A stretch of 64,000 bases of DNA from Eledone cirrhosa (lineage: Eukaryota), in the NCBI GenBank assembly GCA_964016885.1, contig OZ024746.1, positions 35,960,001 through 36,024,000 on the forward strand, read 5' to 3'. Numbering within the stretch: the stretch's first letter is position 1; every line of letters starts with the position of its first letter. Both the position numbers and the translations under genes were made by a program. Below, piece after piece: positions 51,837-64,000 of the stretch. Under the pieces are notes generated by a model that was not told the DNA's origin, did not search any database, and saw nothing but the letters and a program-made list of their open reading frames with translations.

Positions 51837-51843
<7 letters not shown>
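51645..51843. repeat. Near-perfect foldback, about 94-bp arms, 10-bp spacer
   Basis: Arms are reverse complements with about 3 differences; abuts (TA)n on the right. Confidence 0.95.
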
Positions 51844-51915
<72 letters not shown>

Positions 51916-52278
51916 CACCCAGACATATTGATTGGTAGATGGATAGAGATGTACGCTTCCTAGAAGTAATATAGCAGAGGAATAATCAGAATATTTTTTC
52001 AGTGCAATACGATTACTGCAGGCTGTAATTATATGAGTACATTCGGTTGCAGCCCAAATACTAAACGATAAACATCGCCGTTTAACATGCTTATACATTC
52101 GAAAATATAAACAATATTTTACCATATAATGTAAATCTGAGACTTTTATATATATTTCATTTAATATAGTAGGTAATACTTAATAACTTAGAAATCTCAT
52201 CGCAATTTACGTCATCCAATATATAAGGGAAGGGATCAACAATTGAAATATTAACAGATTATATCTAAACAGTTGCTG

Positions 52279-52361
52279 TTTGAACTCAGATCATAAAGGG
52301 ACGTAACTCTATGCTTCAAAGCATGGTGTCCGACTCTCTACCGATACTGCCAATCCACCGC
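52279..52361 (-). mobile_element. SINE head fragment
   Basis: TTTGAACTCAG...TACTGCCAATCCACCGC matches the other copies. Confidence 0.75.
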
Positions 52362-52578
52362 ATTGTATATTGATAATGCTTATATGGCGGAAAATATTCG
52401 TCAGACCAATGTTGTGTCACTAGTAGCATTACGACCAGTGTACTGGAGCAGCGAGGTAGAGCCCTACAAAAGACGTTATCCACGTTTTTCCTCATTAGGA
52501 GCTTTTATGACAAACGTGGTAAGCTATTTCTCATAATTAAAAAGTGCTTTGAAGCTCAACCGTTCGAAAATTCAGATT

Positions 52579-52624
<46 letters not shown>

Positions 52625-53047
52625 ACTAGGAATTGATCAACATATATATAAATCTATATAAACATGGAAAATCACAGGAGATAATTTCTACAAGCGTGTA
52701 ACCACGCATGGCTAGTAGGTAACAAGTAAATAAATTTAACTAGAAGTTCGAAAATCTATACTTTTTAATGATTAATCTTCCCTGTATATATTTCATTAAA
52801 GAAATATATTTCACCAATTAATCAGATGGTAAGTCACGGAAAGTGGATATTATTGTATTATCAAGAAGGAAGAATAATATCCAGCGATCCATGTTTACAC
52901 TTCGAGTCAAAATCCTAAACTGGCCGTTACCACGTGTTGATATTACACATCACAGCGGCTTCGTTTCAGTGGCGTGAATAGGTATTCGACAACTAGAAAT
53001 AGCAGTCAATTCCCTTCAACAGAGTTAGCTATACAATTAAGGAGCAG

Positions 53048-53245
53048 TATTTATATATCTATATCCAAAATTAAGATAGATTAAAAGAATTCAATCAGAA
53101 CCGAAATTGTGGGTGTCATTCCTTAACGGAATGCGCCATATCGCCCGGGCGATATGGCGCATTCCGTTAAGGAATGACACCCACAATTTCGGTTCTGATT
53201 GAATTCTTTTAATCTATCTTAATTTTGGATATAGATATATAAATA
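53048..53245. repeat. Perfect spacer-less palindrome, 99-bp arms, centre 53146/53147
   Basis: ...GCGCCATATCGCCC|GGGCGATATGGCGC...; abuts (TA)n. Confidence 0.95.
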
Positions 53246-53270
53246 AATATATATATATATATATATATAT

Positions 53271-54621
53271 ACGATATTAAATAAATGGAAACTATATTTA
53301 TAAAACCATATTTATTTCATTATATATATTTCAGGGATATCATATTAAAAATATGTTATGCCTTCTTCAGACAAAATACAATATAAACAGTCTTATAAAT
53401 AGATAGATTCAACATACCTTTCAACTTCGACTTCTACTTGAAAAGTTGATTTGGTAGTGAAAAATATTAGGGACAGTTATAAAAAGAAAATTCCCTTAAT
53501 TTACGGACAAATTTATTCAGTTGCTGCAGACATAGATTGAACTCAACTTTTAAATATAAATATAAATTTAAAATGTAGTATATTTAATTTGATTTATAAT
53601 TATTTATGAAACTCGCAGATAAATCTTTCGATTTCTTTTTTATTTTAAACATTCTTCATGAATAATTAGACTACCCTAAAAGCTGATGCTCCAAATATAT
53701 CGAATAAATTTTACACTAGGTAAACTTCTATATTAAATATTAGACCATCTGTAGATCAAATGGGTATCCTAAACTTTTGTAATGTTGTCTGCTAGACAGG
53801 ATTTGGTAAATAATTTTTGGTTTTATTTGCTTTTGATTCTGATGCTTATAACGAACTTGGCAATATATTGTCAATTAACTTTGAAGGGTTGATCTCTGTG
53901 GTTGATTTGCGGGGCATACTATGTTTTATTTTTATTTTTAATATTTTTAATATTTTTATTTTTAATATTTTTTTTGTTTTTTTATTTATTTTTTTGTTTC
54001 TGATATTTTTATTGATATATTGATATCTGTTCTCTATTTATGCTTGAACGATAATCATGTAGAGTAAAGACAATAATAGTATTGTTAAAATTAATGTAGA
54101 CTCTATATATATTTGTGTGTATGTACACATATATGTATTCTAGAATTTTATAGCGCAATGAGAATGTTTTCGTGTGAAATAGGAATTTGCAGAGCTGATC
54201 ACGTAAATTCACATGGATGTCTATAGTATCGAATCTGGGATAACCTTCTATTTTATCTAAACTCTGATATAAACCTATGAATTTTAAACTAGACATATGA
54301 TCATTATTTTTCACACATTATTGATACGTGTCTCATTCATGAATACTGATATTTACATTATAATGCCTGATTTATACGAATTGATATTTTTACATTGATG
54401 AAACATAGTGTTTTAAATCTGCCTCGTTTATGTCTGGATATTTTTCTTTTCTCTCTATGTAACGGCTGTTCTCTCTCCTAACCACATATATCTCTCTCTA
54501 CATTAATACTAGAGCTAAATAAATAAATAAATAAATAAATATATCATTGATAGGTCATTCAACTGGTGCCCAACTACCTATTTTCTTTCGCTCTATCTCT
54601 ATCTATATCTATCTCTCTATA

Positions 54622-54674
<53 letters not shown>

Positions 54675-55127
54675 ATATATATATATCTCCCTCTGTGTTT
54701 TTTCCTCTCTCTATATATCTCTCCGTGTTTCTTTACATGAATTTCTTCTCTCTATATATCTCTCTATATCTATCTCTCTCTATTTAGTTGCATGCATTTC
54801 TTCTTTTTCTTCGTTTTTCTTTCTTTCTTTTTATAACTGTCCCTACTATTTTTCACTACCAAATCAACTTTTCAAGTAGAAGTCGAAGTTGAAAGGTATG
54901 TCGAATCTATCTATTTATAAGACTGTTTATATTGTATTTTGTCTGAAGCAGGCATAACATATTTTTTAATATGATATCCCTGAAATATATATAATGAAAT
55001 AAATATGGTTTTATAAATATAGTTTCCATTTATTTAATATCGTAAATATACTCCAAATACTTGTTGAGTGCTTTTATATCAGTTATAAATATTAACTCGT
55101 TGTAACCCAACAATTTAAATAAAACAT

Positions 55128-55130
<3 letters not shown>
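53271..55130 (+). mobile_element. Decayed PLE with inverted termini (53271-53490 versus about 54824-55043), HHR in each
   Basis: HHR ATTTTGT CTGAAG(A/C) AGG...CCT GAAA T ATAT A TA ATGAAAT at 53314-53377 (minus) and 54936-55000 (plus). The interior is only faintly coding. Confidence 0.72.
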
Positions 55131-55220
<90 letters not shown>

Positions 55221-55525
55221 GTGTATATATATATATATGTGTGTGTGTTATATGGTAGCTAAGATGCGTTATAGGTGGTATGCCGTTTGAGCAGGGATAT
55301 ATATATATATATAGAGTAGAAGTCAGCATGTTAGGGTCTACCTCATACATTTGTTACACAATTACTGATAATTCTGTATTGTTCTATATTTCGCATTTCG
55401 ATGGTATTTAGAATGGAATATTACATGGACGAACATAAATTATACCAATAATATATGCACACACAGATATATATACTTATATATATATATATTTAAGTAA
55501 ATAACAACAACAAGGAGTACAGTTA

Positions 55526-55584
<59 letters not shown>

Positions 55585-55701
55585 AATTAATATATCTAGT
55601 AACATATATATATACACCCAGATGCATATCAATGCTAGCAAATACATAGGTTTTGTCTTAGTAACTGTGTGGTTCAATGCATGGGGTTGCAGAACAATAA
55701 T

Positions 55702-56083
55702 ATGAGAGACGTAAAATAAGAAAATTATAAAATTAACTTACTTACTAAAATTTCACTCCCAACTAATTAGTTTCTGAAAGGGAATAAATATACTTTCCGA
55801 AGAAAATATTGGGAAGCCTTTCGTCGTCAGGGAAGTCTATTCTCAGCTAAGTTTCCAGGCAAAGCGTGGACTCTGGGAACTTATACTGAATTATTTTTCT
55901 ATAAGTTCCCAGAGTCCACGCTTTGCCTGGAAACTTAGCTGAGAATAGACTTCCCTGACGACGAAAGGCTTCTCAACATTTTCTTCGGAAAGTATATTTA
56001 TTCCCTTTCAGAAACTAATTAATTGGGAGTGAAATTTTAGTAAGTAAGTTAATTTTATAATTTTCTTATTTTACGTCTCTCAT
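55702..56083. mobile_element. Foldback of two back-to-back HHR-bearing termini (184-bp arms, 14-bp spacer)
   Basis: HHR CTTCC CTGACGA CGAAAGG...CCTTTCA GAAAC TAATTA (G/A)TT GGGAG at 55756-55835 (minus) and 55950-56029 (plus). Confidence 0.88.
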
Positions 56084-56098
56084 TTATATATATATATA

Positions 56099-57656
56099 TA
56101 TATTTATTAAAATAACAGATTAAAGTTTAAGCAAAGAATCGCTGCTTTCACCCTTAACGGGATCTTCTGAAACTAACAAAGTCAATCTGTAAACGCAGAA
56201 CAGGATATTTCAAAAAACGTTGCAACCGGAGGAAGACAGGAAGACGATACTTTGGTTCGTGGTAACGTTCGCTGGCAACCCTCCGTGGAACCCAGCATTG
56301 CTACCCTTCGAAAATGATGTCTTGGAACTCATTCGGAATATCAAATTTCGGAATAGGAGCAATTCCTTCCAGCTAGACCTGAAGAATAGAATTCGTTCTA
56401 TTAAGGATTCTAACGCCGTGCACGTCCATTCCGACAAAACTGGCAACCTATATCAAGTGGAGCGCAGTACTTACCATCAACTACTACATAATGCTGTAAC
56501 TAAGGATTACCGTAAAACTAATCGGTGCGTCATCAATGAAATCAACGATGCTGGGTTTAAAATCACATCTGATCTCAACATCCTGGACCGGACCATATCT
56601 CTGGACCCTATCTCTCCTCACTTTACCCTGAAGGATCACAAATCCAATTTTCCGAACAACCCATCTATTCGGCTTATTAACCCTACGAAGTCCGATTTAG
56701 GTAGACTTAGTAAAACAATTCTTGATAGAATTATACCTGAAATTATAAGTTTGGCCCCTCTCGCACTGTGGAACAATTATTTCGCGGTGATTGATTGGTT
56801 CAACGGCATATGTAACAAGGAACATTGCCGTTTTATCCAATTCGACATCAACAATTACTACTCCTCCATCACTTTACCACTTCTCCTTAGAGCTATCAAT
56901 TTCGCTAAAACACTCACAGTTGTTAAGGATTTTGAAGTTGATGTCATCCTTAATGCCCGAAAGTCGGTGATTAATTTCGACGACTCTATTTGGATTAAAA
57001 CATCCAATAGTACCCCATTCGACGTGAGTATGGGCGCCAGTGACTCTGCGGAGGTTACTGATCTTATTGGCCTTTTCCTTCTTTTCTCTATCAACGTTGA
57101 ATTCCCCAACGCAGGCGGTGGCTTGTACCGTGACGATGGTATTTTGACCATGACTAAGTGCGGACCTCGTGCTTGCGACAGGTTCAGAAAAGAACTCACA
57201 GCCTTCTTTAAAGGCTTCAACCTCTCTATACAGGTTGAGGCCAATCTCTCGGTCGTTAATTACCTCGACGTTACCCTCAATTTATTGAATGAGCTGTATT
57301 AGCCGTATAGAAAGCCGAATGATACGCTTAATTACATAAGTAAGCATTCCTTCACCGCTCCTATTATTGACGTACTATTCGTTTTTTCCCGTTCTTTGCC
57401 AGCGAACGTTACCACGAACCAAAGTATCGTCTTCCTGTCTTCCTCCGGTTGCAACGTTTTTTGAAATATCCTGTTCTGCGTTTACAGATTGCCTTTGTTA
57501 GTTTCAGAAGATCCCGTTAAGGGTGAAAGCAGCGATTCTTTGCTTAAACTTTAATCTGTTATTTTAATAAATATTTGCTTTACGGTTCTTATATATTTGA
57601 TATATATTTTCCTTATCGAGCCCTCTTTGGATTTTAGTCTTCAATTTTATTATTAT

Positions 57657-57658
<2 letters not shown>
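56099..57658 (+). mobile_element. Internally deleted PLE (RT only, about 56278-57345) with 178-bp inverted termini carrying variant HHRs
   Basis: HSDKTGN, LKDHK, MGASDSAEVTDL, GGGLYRDDG, NYLDVTL. 56099-56278 is the reverse complement of 57396-57573. AGTTT CAGAAGA TCCC GTTAA GGGT GAAA GCA..TGC TT AAACT. Confidence 0.9.
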
Positions 57659-57716
<58 letters not shown>

Positions 57717-57958
57717 CTGTACTCCTTCTTCTTGTTATTTACTTTTCCAATATATATATAGTCTGCGTGTGTTTGGGGGGCATCTGTGTGCATGTCCGTG
57801 TGACTGTGTGTTATTGTCTGTAGTTCTGGATTAAATAATAAAGCAAAGTGAAGTAGGTAAATGCACATTGCTTACTCAGTTAATACATTATTTTTTATTC
57901 TTTCATTATTTAACGGAATACATCTGATTCCACTTTTAGTTGTAATGTATATATATAA

Positions 57959-58031
<73 letters not shown>

Positions 58032-58040
58032 AAGAGAGAG

Positions 58041-58098
<58 letters not shown>

Positions 58099-60156
58099 TG
58101 TGTTTAGTGCGATTCTGTCCGAGTGAGACTGTTTATTTTCCCAAATGAAATTTTAGAACGTTATATATTAGATTGCTACTATCTGAATAGTTTTAACGCA
58201 TTTCATAAAAAAGCTAACGGAACTGCTCTCACTAGCATTGAAATATCATATGTTTTAAAAAATTTCTCAAATAAGGTGATACTCTGTGAGACGAGATGGT
58301 TCTTGTGATAGGAAGTTAAAAGACAATATATCTTGCTAAAGTAAAATATTCAAAAAGTGGTGCGTCTCATCAATAAGTTTGAATGCTTTCTTCTTATTTC
58401 TTTACTCATGGGCAAAGACTATACAGATATTAAGGTAACTTCTAGTGTTACTCATTTATTCTTGTTCACTACGAGAATAAACAGATAATGTTTATATAGA
58501 AGAATACAGAATTACATTTGTTAGAGCAAGCTTTTCAATAATTCGTACATATGCTGATAGGAAGAAAAGTATGAATTGTAGAAAAAATGCTTATTCGTCA
58601 CAATATATTATGTGGTATTTGGAAATATATATTTGTACTTTTACCTAGTCATTAAAACTGTTAGAACATAGGCCTGTCATAGGAAGTAATTAAAACATAT
58701 GTGAAGAGAGTTCATGTGATTGTATACAAAATTAAAGAATGCACAAAATTCTGATTTATTTGATTATAGATATTCGGCTGACATTGTCTATACTATATAT
58801 AATACTTGTTCACGCCTTCTCAGTCTAATACCCTGTTAAAAGCGCAAGGAAAGGAAAATAGAATTTCATCTCACATCGCAAAACATTAAATACAGGTTTA
58901 TTCACGCCGATATTAATAGAAAGATTGTAGTACCAAATAATACATATTGCACTGAATTCGCTTTGCTTTACAGTAGAGCATATGAAGAAATGGAATATTT
59001 GTATGTATCGTGGGTTGTGCATTTTTCTACAGTGCGTACATTTAAGGGCTATAGGTAAGTTGAATAACCGCATCCTAGCCCGGCATATAACAAGCATGAA
59101 TAATATTAGGCTAAGATCCTTTAGACAGCTGCCGGTTAGTTCTTGAAAACGCAATATATTCCCGACAGAGGAAAGACTGAGCCGGCTACCACCCGTTTAA
59201 ACACGGTCAATCCGGCCTACACACTAAACCTTACAAGGGTGATACCGTGATTATGTAACTACAGAAAACGTGACCCATGTCACCTAGTGACAAATTTTGT
59301 TTACCTATGCAGGGTCCCTATCCGCAACTCGACGTTTAGGTACATGGGAGCTGCATCGTCAATCATCATGGATAGTTGGTGTAATCACCACCCTTTCGTA
59401 AGTAATCGGGAAGCGACAGAACCCATTAACGTTTGCTTTGGTCCTACTTTCAGAGGTGTATCAGGCATTTGCAGCCTCTGCCTGATTGAGTCCCCTGTAA
59501 AAGAAGGGCTGAATTCTGTTGTTCTTGTCTACATGTAAGAAAGTGAATATTCATCCAGTTATATAGATAGTAACCCCACCACTTTGTGTTCCATGTGGAC
59601 CACCCTTTCTCCAGTGTCTATACATGTTTTATCTCTATTTATATTTATATCTACCAACCTACATAGGCCAATCTAATGTCTCATTAGAACTCACAACTTG
59701 CCTCCCTACATGCATTCCAACTACCTATCCCGGATAAATTCCGTACAGTACAATCACATATTCTGGATTCACAACGTGTTTGAGGAATAGTTAGCTTAAT
59801 CTCACCTCCAGGATCGCGCTGGGATCTTTGGCAGGCAAATATAGATTAGTTAGTAAAAGTCAAAAACAAGCATGTTGATTTGAATTTACTTTCTTTTACC
59901 TTCCTCTTCTAAAATGAGGGCGTATATATTTGTATCGAACAGTTTACCTCTCAGGATGAATGCATTGTGCATGATTACATAATCATTCTAATAAATGAAA
60001 TGTGATTAGATTCTACCGAGGAGACACCTGCATTTTGAAGAAGACTGTCTCCAAATATTATGTGAAGATCTATATTGGTGAAACGTAATAAATTTAAATG
60101 TTATTAATTGAAAATGATGCATTGAATTAGTAATAAATTGGGTCTGTCAGGTGGTG

Positions 60157-60237
60157 TTATGTATACAGAAAACCGTCTCTCTTCTTTACAATATAGATAT
60201 ATATTGTAAATAAGAGAGACGTTTTATGTATACATAA
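60157..60237. repeat. Imperfect hairpin of about 80 nt
   Basis: TTATGTATACAGAAAACCGTCTCTCTT.TTTACAATATA versus TATATTGTAAA.AAGAGAGACG.TTTT.TGTATACATAA. Confidence 0.75.
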
Positions 60238-61339
60238 AACAACCTTTCTTCTTTCTAATATTGAAACTCCCTCTGATAACTTAGGGATAATAGGTTAAGG
60301 TACCCATGATTGATAATGTAGAAACACCAACAGTAATCGCTTGTCAAGTTAAAGTAGGAGAATGGAGTACTAAAATAATGCAATATTTATATTTTTTAAG
60401 CTACAACTGCTTCCAATTTGTATAGAGTGTGTGTAGTTGGCCGTTATAATTCTGACGCTAATGAATAATTTACCACAGATAATCACTATAGTAATATTAG
60501 TAATTGTTCTATCGACAGCATAGAGTTGAGGAATAACGTATTCATCTTCTTTGGTTGAATGCATATATGATATGCAATTGCTCTTACTGATTTTCTATTA
60601 ATTTACTTCATGTTCGAAATGCGGAGTCTCTGTCTTAATATCCGCTCTACATTTACTCGAAAACAATCTATCCGTTAGGCGCTTTATACTTTATATGAAC
60701 CCTATTGTTTTATCATATTCTAACGTTGCTGACAGAAACTTAATGTGCAATTAAACTGTCGTTTATATTGAGTCAATATTTATTTTCTAGCTAATTATAA
60801 ATACATTTATGGGAATAGTTACTGTCACGACATCAGATAGTGGCGATTGACGGAACATACACTGTAATGTGATAGATATCTTGTTTATTGTCGTATAGCG
60901 ATTGCTTGATGCAATTTCAAATGATAATAAAATCTAAAATGTCAATAAGTATGTTAGTACCTATGCTAAATATATTGTACGCAAGGTAGTTGTGGAATAC
61001 ATTTAGAAACATAATTTTAATCACTGAGACCGAAAGTATTACTATACCTATGTTGAATGAGTAAACGTTCGGCTATTCAGTCTGAGAATGTTTTGTCTAT
61101 ATTCGTCACACCTGTTAATGTAGACCATATTATGTGTTACGCAAAAGTAATATTTTAGTTCTCTAAGGAAAACATGAAATTAAATATTTGTTTACATAAA
61201 TACAGGTATTATGTGTATGTATATATATATGTATATTGAGAAAGACAGGGAGAGCGAGTGAGAGAGAGAGACAGACAAAGTGTGTGTGTGTGCATGTGTT
61301 GGAATGTGTTTGTAATGTAGAAATAAACATTATAATATA

Positions 61340-61530
61340 ACTGTTTCTACTTTTGGCACAAGGCCAGCGATTACTCCAGTGCATTGCTGGTACTTTATTT
61401 TATCGACCCCGTAAGGATGAAAGGCAAAGTTAATCTCAGCGGGATTTGAACCGATAATGTAAATGCCATAACTCTATGCTGTAAAGCATGGTGTCTGACG
61501 CTCTACCGATGCTACCAATTCACAGCTCTT
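61340..61530 (-). mobile_element. tRNA-derived SINE copy
   Basis: Matches 39648-39835 along its length. Confidence 0.88.
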
Positions 61531-63594
61531 ATACTATAATTATAATGTGTATAATGATCTGATATCATAGAATCTCCTAGAAGTCTGAGCTATGAGATTC
61601 TCAAGCCTACCTGACTTACATACTATGATTATTTTCATAGGAGCTGATATTTATTATATATATACTAATATAAATTCTAAAAGATTTGAAAATTTTGCAG
61701 TTAATATTCGTTAGACCTGTTAAATGTAGCTGTATTCATTGTCCATTATTATATATATTTCTTTTAGTAAATTGGCTTACAATAATACTATGTAGGCAGA
61801 TTGTCAGCCAGAAACAGATAAATAATACACTATAATCAATTGGCGATAGTATATGGAAAATTCAATCAATTGTATTAGTAATTTAATGTGAACTTTTACT
61901 CAGTCACGTATAATATATATCTCTCACATTCAAAATAATCATAACATAAAAGTGTTATCCTGCTAATCTTAAATTTCTAGCGATTTCGTTTCCAAAACTA
62001 TTATATTTTCATTTTGCTTTCATTAGTTCCACTTCTAGGATTGCTTAGACTAAATGCCATGTTAAAGTATATACAATACGTATATATCAGTCTTTTGTAT
62101 TATATGTTTTTACGTTAATTAATGAAGCGGGAAACAAACAAGATTTCGTTGAGTATTACAATATAAATAATTGGAAGATGAAAGGTATATATATTTAGGA
62201 ATAAAATACGAAACAGTTAGACTTCCAGGTATCCATTTAAAAGAACAGCCTGCTTAATGAATTAACGAGTAAGTTGCTGAGTATTGAACACACACATATA
62301 CATGTAACATAAACTATTCTGCGGATATATTGTGCGTGTTTGAGAACTCTAAGTATCTCTGGTTCGTTTTCACGAAAGACTGAACGTAGGAGGCTGAAAT
62401 AAATAACAAATATCGCTGAACTGTTTCAAGTGATGCACCAGCTTTCGCACTCGGTCATCAGAAAAAAGTGAGACATATGTAAAAGCAAAGCTTTGTTTAT
62501 GTATACCTTTTTCTATCGTTTCCAATCTCAGTTAACGACGTAACAATTACAATCAATAATACCAGTGGCAGATATGTAATTCCTTCGAAGTGTTAATTGA
62601 ATGAACGCACAGATCGTGATATAATCGCTGTTTCTGTAAATCTAGGGACTGTAGCTACTTCCTTACGCGCATTGGGTTAAAATATCTAAGGAATATGTCG
62701 CTTGTCATATTTTACGAGCAAAGATAACCGGCAGTATACTGAATGCTAGATCACCAGCAAGATAGTTGTAACATATGCAATATTTCGGTTGCCCCCTATT
62801 GGGTATCAATGTTGAGACTTGCATTTGAAAGGACCCACAGGAAGACGTGTCCGGCGATTCTATCCCCATGACCTCTCAGAATAATTGTGTGAAGAAAAAG
62901 ATGGATTCTTACATACAAACCCACGTGTATGTGTGTTTTGTGCTTATATTCGTTTGGGCTTGTGCATGCATATTTATGAATAATAAGTATTTGCAAGTAT
63001 GGATAGGTATAGTTTTGCAATTTGGCTTTCACAAATTTGATTTCGAGAATTTGTGTCTAATATTATCACATACACTGTTTATTTTCGAACTACGTATGAA
63101 ATTATATTAGTCGTAGTGTTGTCAGAAAATCTGAGATTGTTTGTAGCTGAATGTTTTTTCTGGCGTGTAATGGAGATGATATGTCAGTAATACCGCATCA
63201 TTTCTTCGAAATACACCATTTTAAAGAAATCATTATGACGGTGCCCGTTTTTCAATGACCTCCTTCCCCGTTCCAAATATTTCTTTCTAACTGTCACTGA
63301 ATTTCATTAAACTACACTTTGCAAACGATTACTATATATATTTCTCCTTTCTTTGGTACACAAGTACGTGTAAATATTTATTTCATACATGAATACAGGT
63401 GCAATTTTCTTTATAACAGTAAACTAAAATCCATGATCATGGGAAATAGACTTTGGGCTAAAATTATTTACCAAGTTGTGTTTCCAACATCTATTGATGT
63501 TTTAGTCTCCAACTGTCTTCGTCACTCATAGTTGGTCACCTCTGGATGGATATCTATCTACATTTCTATCACTTCTCGGACAATAAAACCAATT

Positions 63595-63627
<33 letters not shown>

Positions 63628-63660
63628 AATATATGTATATACATACATACAGTCCAGAAT

Positions 63661-63778
63661 TAGCCGTCGAAACGGCTTGAGCTCAGCCGTCGGGGTCCTA
63701 CTCGTTCCTATTACCCACTCTACTACCCTAAGTATTGAGTACTTTGGTGCGTTATGGTCCATCTGGTTCCTTACCACA
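63661..63778 (-). repeat. Second copy of the TGTGGTAAG dispersed repeat
   Basis: Reverse complement aligns to 43786-43907. Confidence 0.75.
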
Positions 63779-64000
63779 TTTCCTTCATTACATACATATA
63801 TATTCGATATGTCTCATTTGAAATAATACAGCCAATTTTCCACACAATACATTTAGTTAGCACCCCGAACGTTTAATTAGGAATATATTCACTTATTTCC
63901 TAATGTTTGTTGAGTGAGTTGGAATTTGACCGGAGTATCGCTAAAAGCTTTCTCCGATAATGTATTTATATATATATCTATATATATATATATATCTCTA

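Noticed and set aside
59140-59820. Decayed LINE 5' or APE fragment on the minus strand (RIGSWN-like)
   Set aside because: Only one short motif was seen; too weak to annotate.
62340-62470. Minus-strand CTGATGA...GAAA hammerhead candidate
   Set aside because: Stems I and III could not be paired convincingly.

Overview
AT-rich, microsatellite-dense eukaryotic DNA with no recognisable host-gene exon. An Octopus/cephalopod origin is an inference from the tRNA-derived SINE family and the repeat landscape. The window is a dense, nested retroelement region. It holds three Tx1/L1-like LINE copies, two R4/Dong-like RLE LINEs, RTE fragments, about 7 SINE copies and at least 9 Penelope-like elements (PLEs). 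One PLE has an uninterrupted RT+GIY-YIG frame of about 1100 codons. The main signal missed by the ORF track is RNA structure: about 18 type-I hammerhead ribozyme (HHR) motifs from at least 10 different sequence families. They occur in PLE pseudo-LTRs (often inverted), in non-coding foldbacks, and in two non-coding retrozyme-like repeats. One of these is a 516-bp tandem array with a complete HHR in each unit; the other is a 691-bp-period element with promoter-like motifs upstream of its HHR. A 15-kb nest sits in the microsatellite of one PLE terminal repeat, and all PLE coding remnants lie on the + strand. All folds and family calls were made by eye, with no database search.
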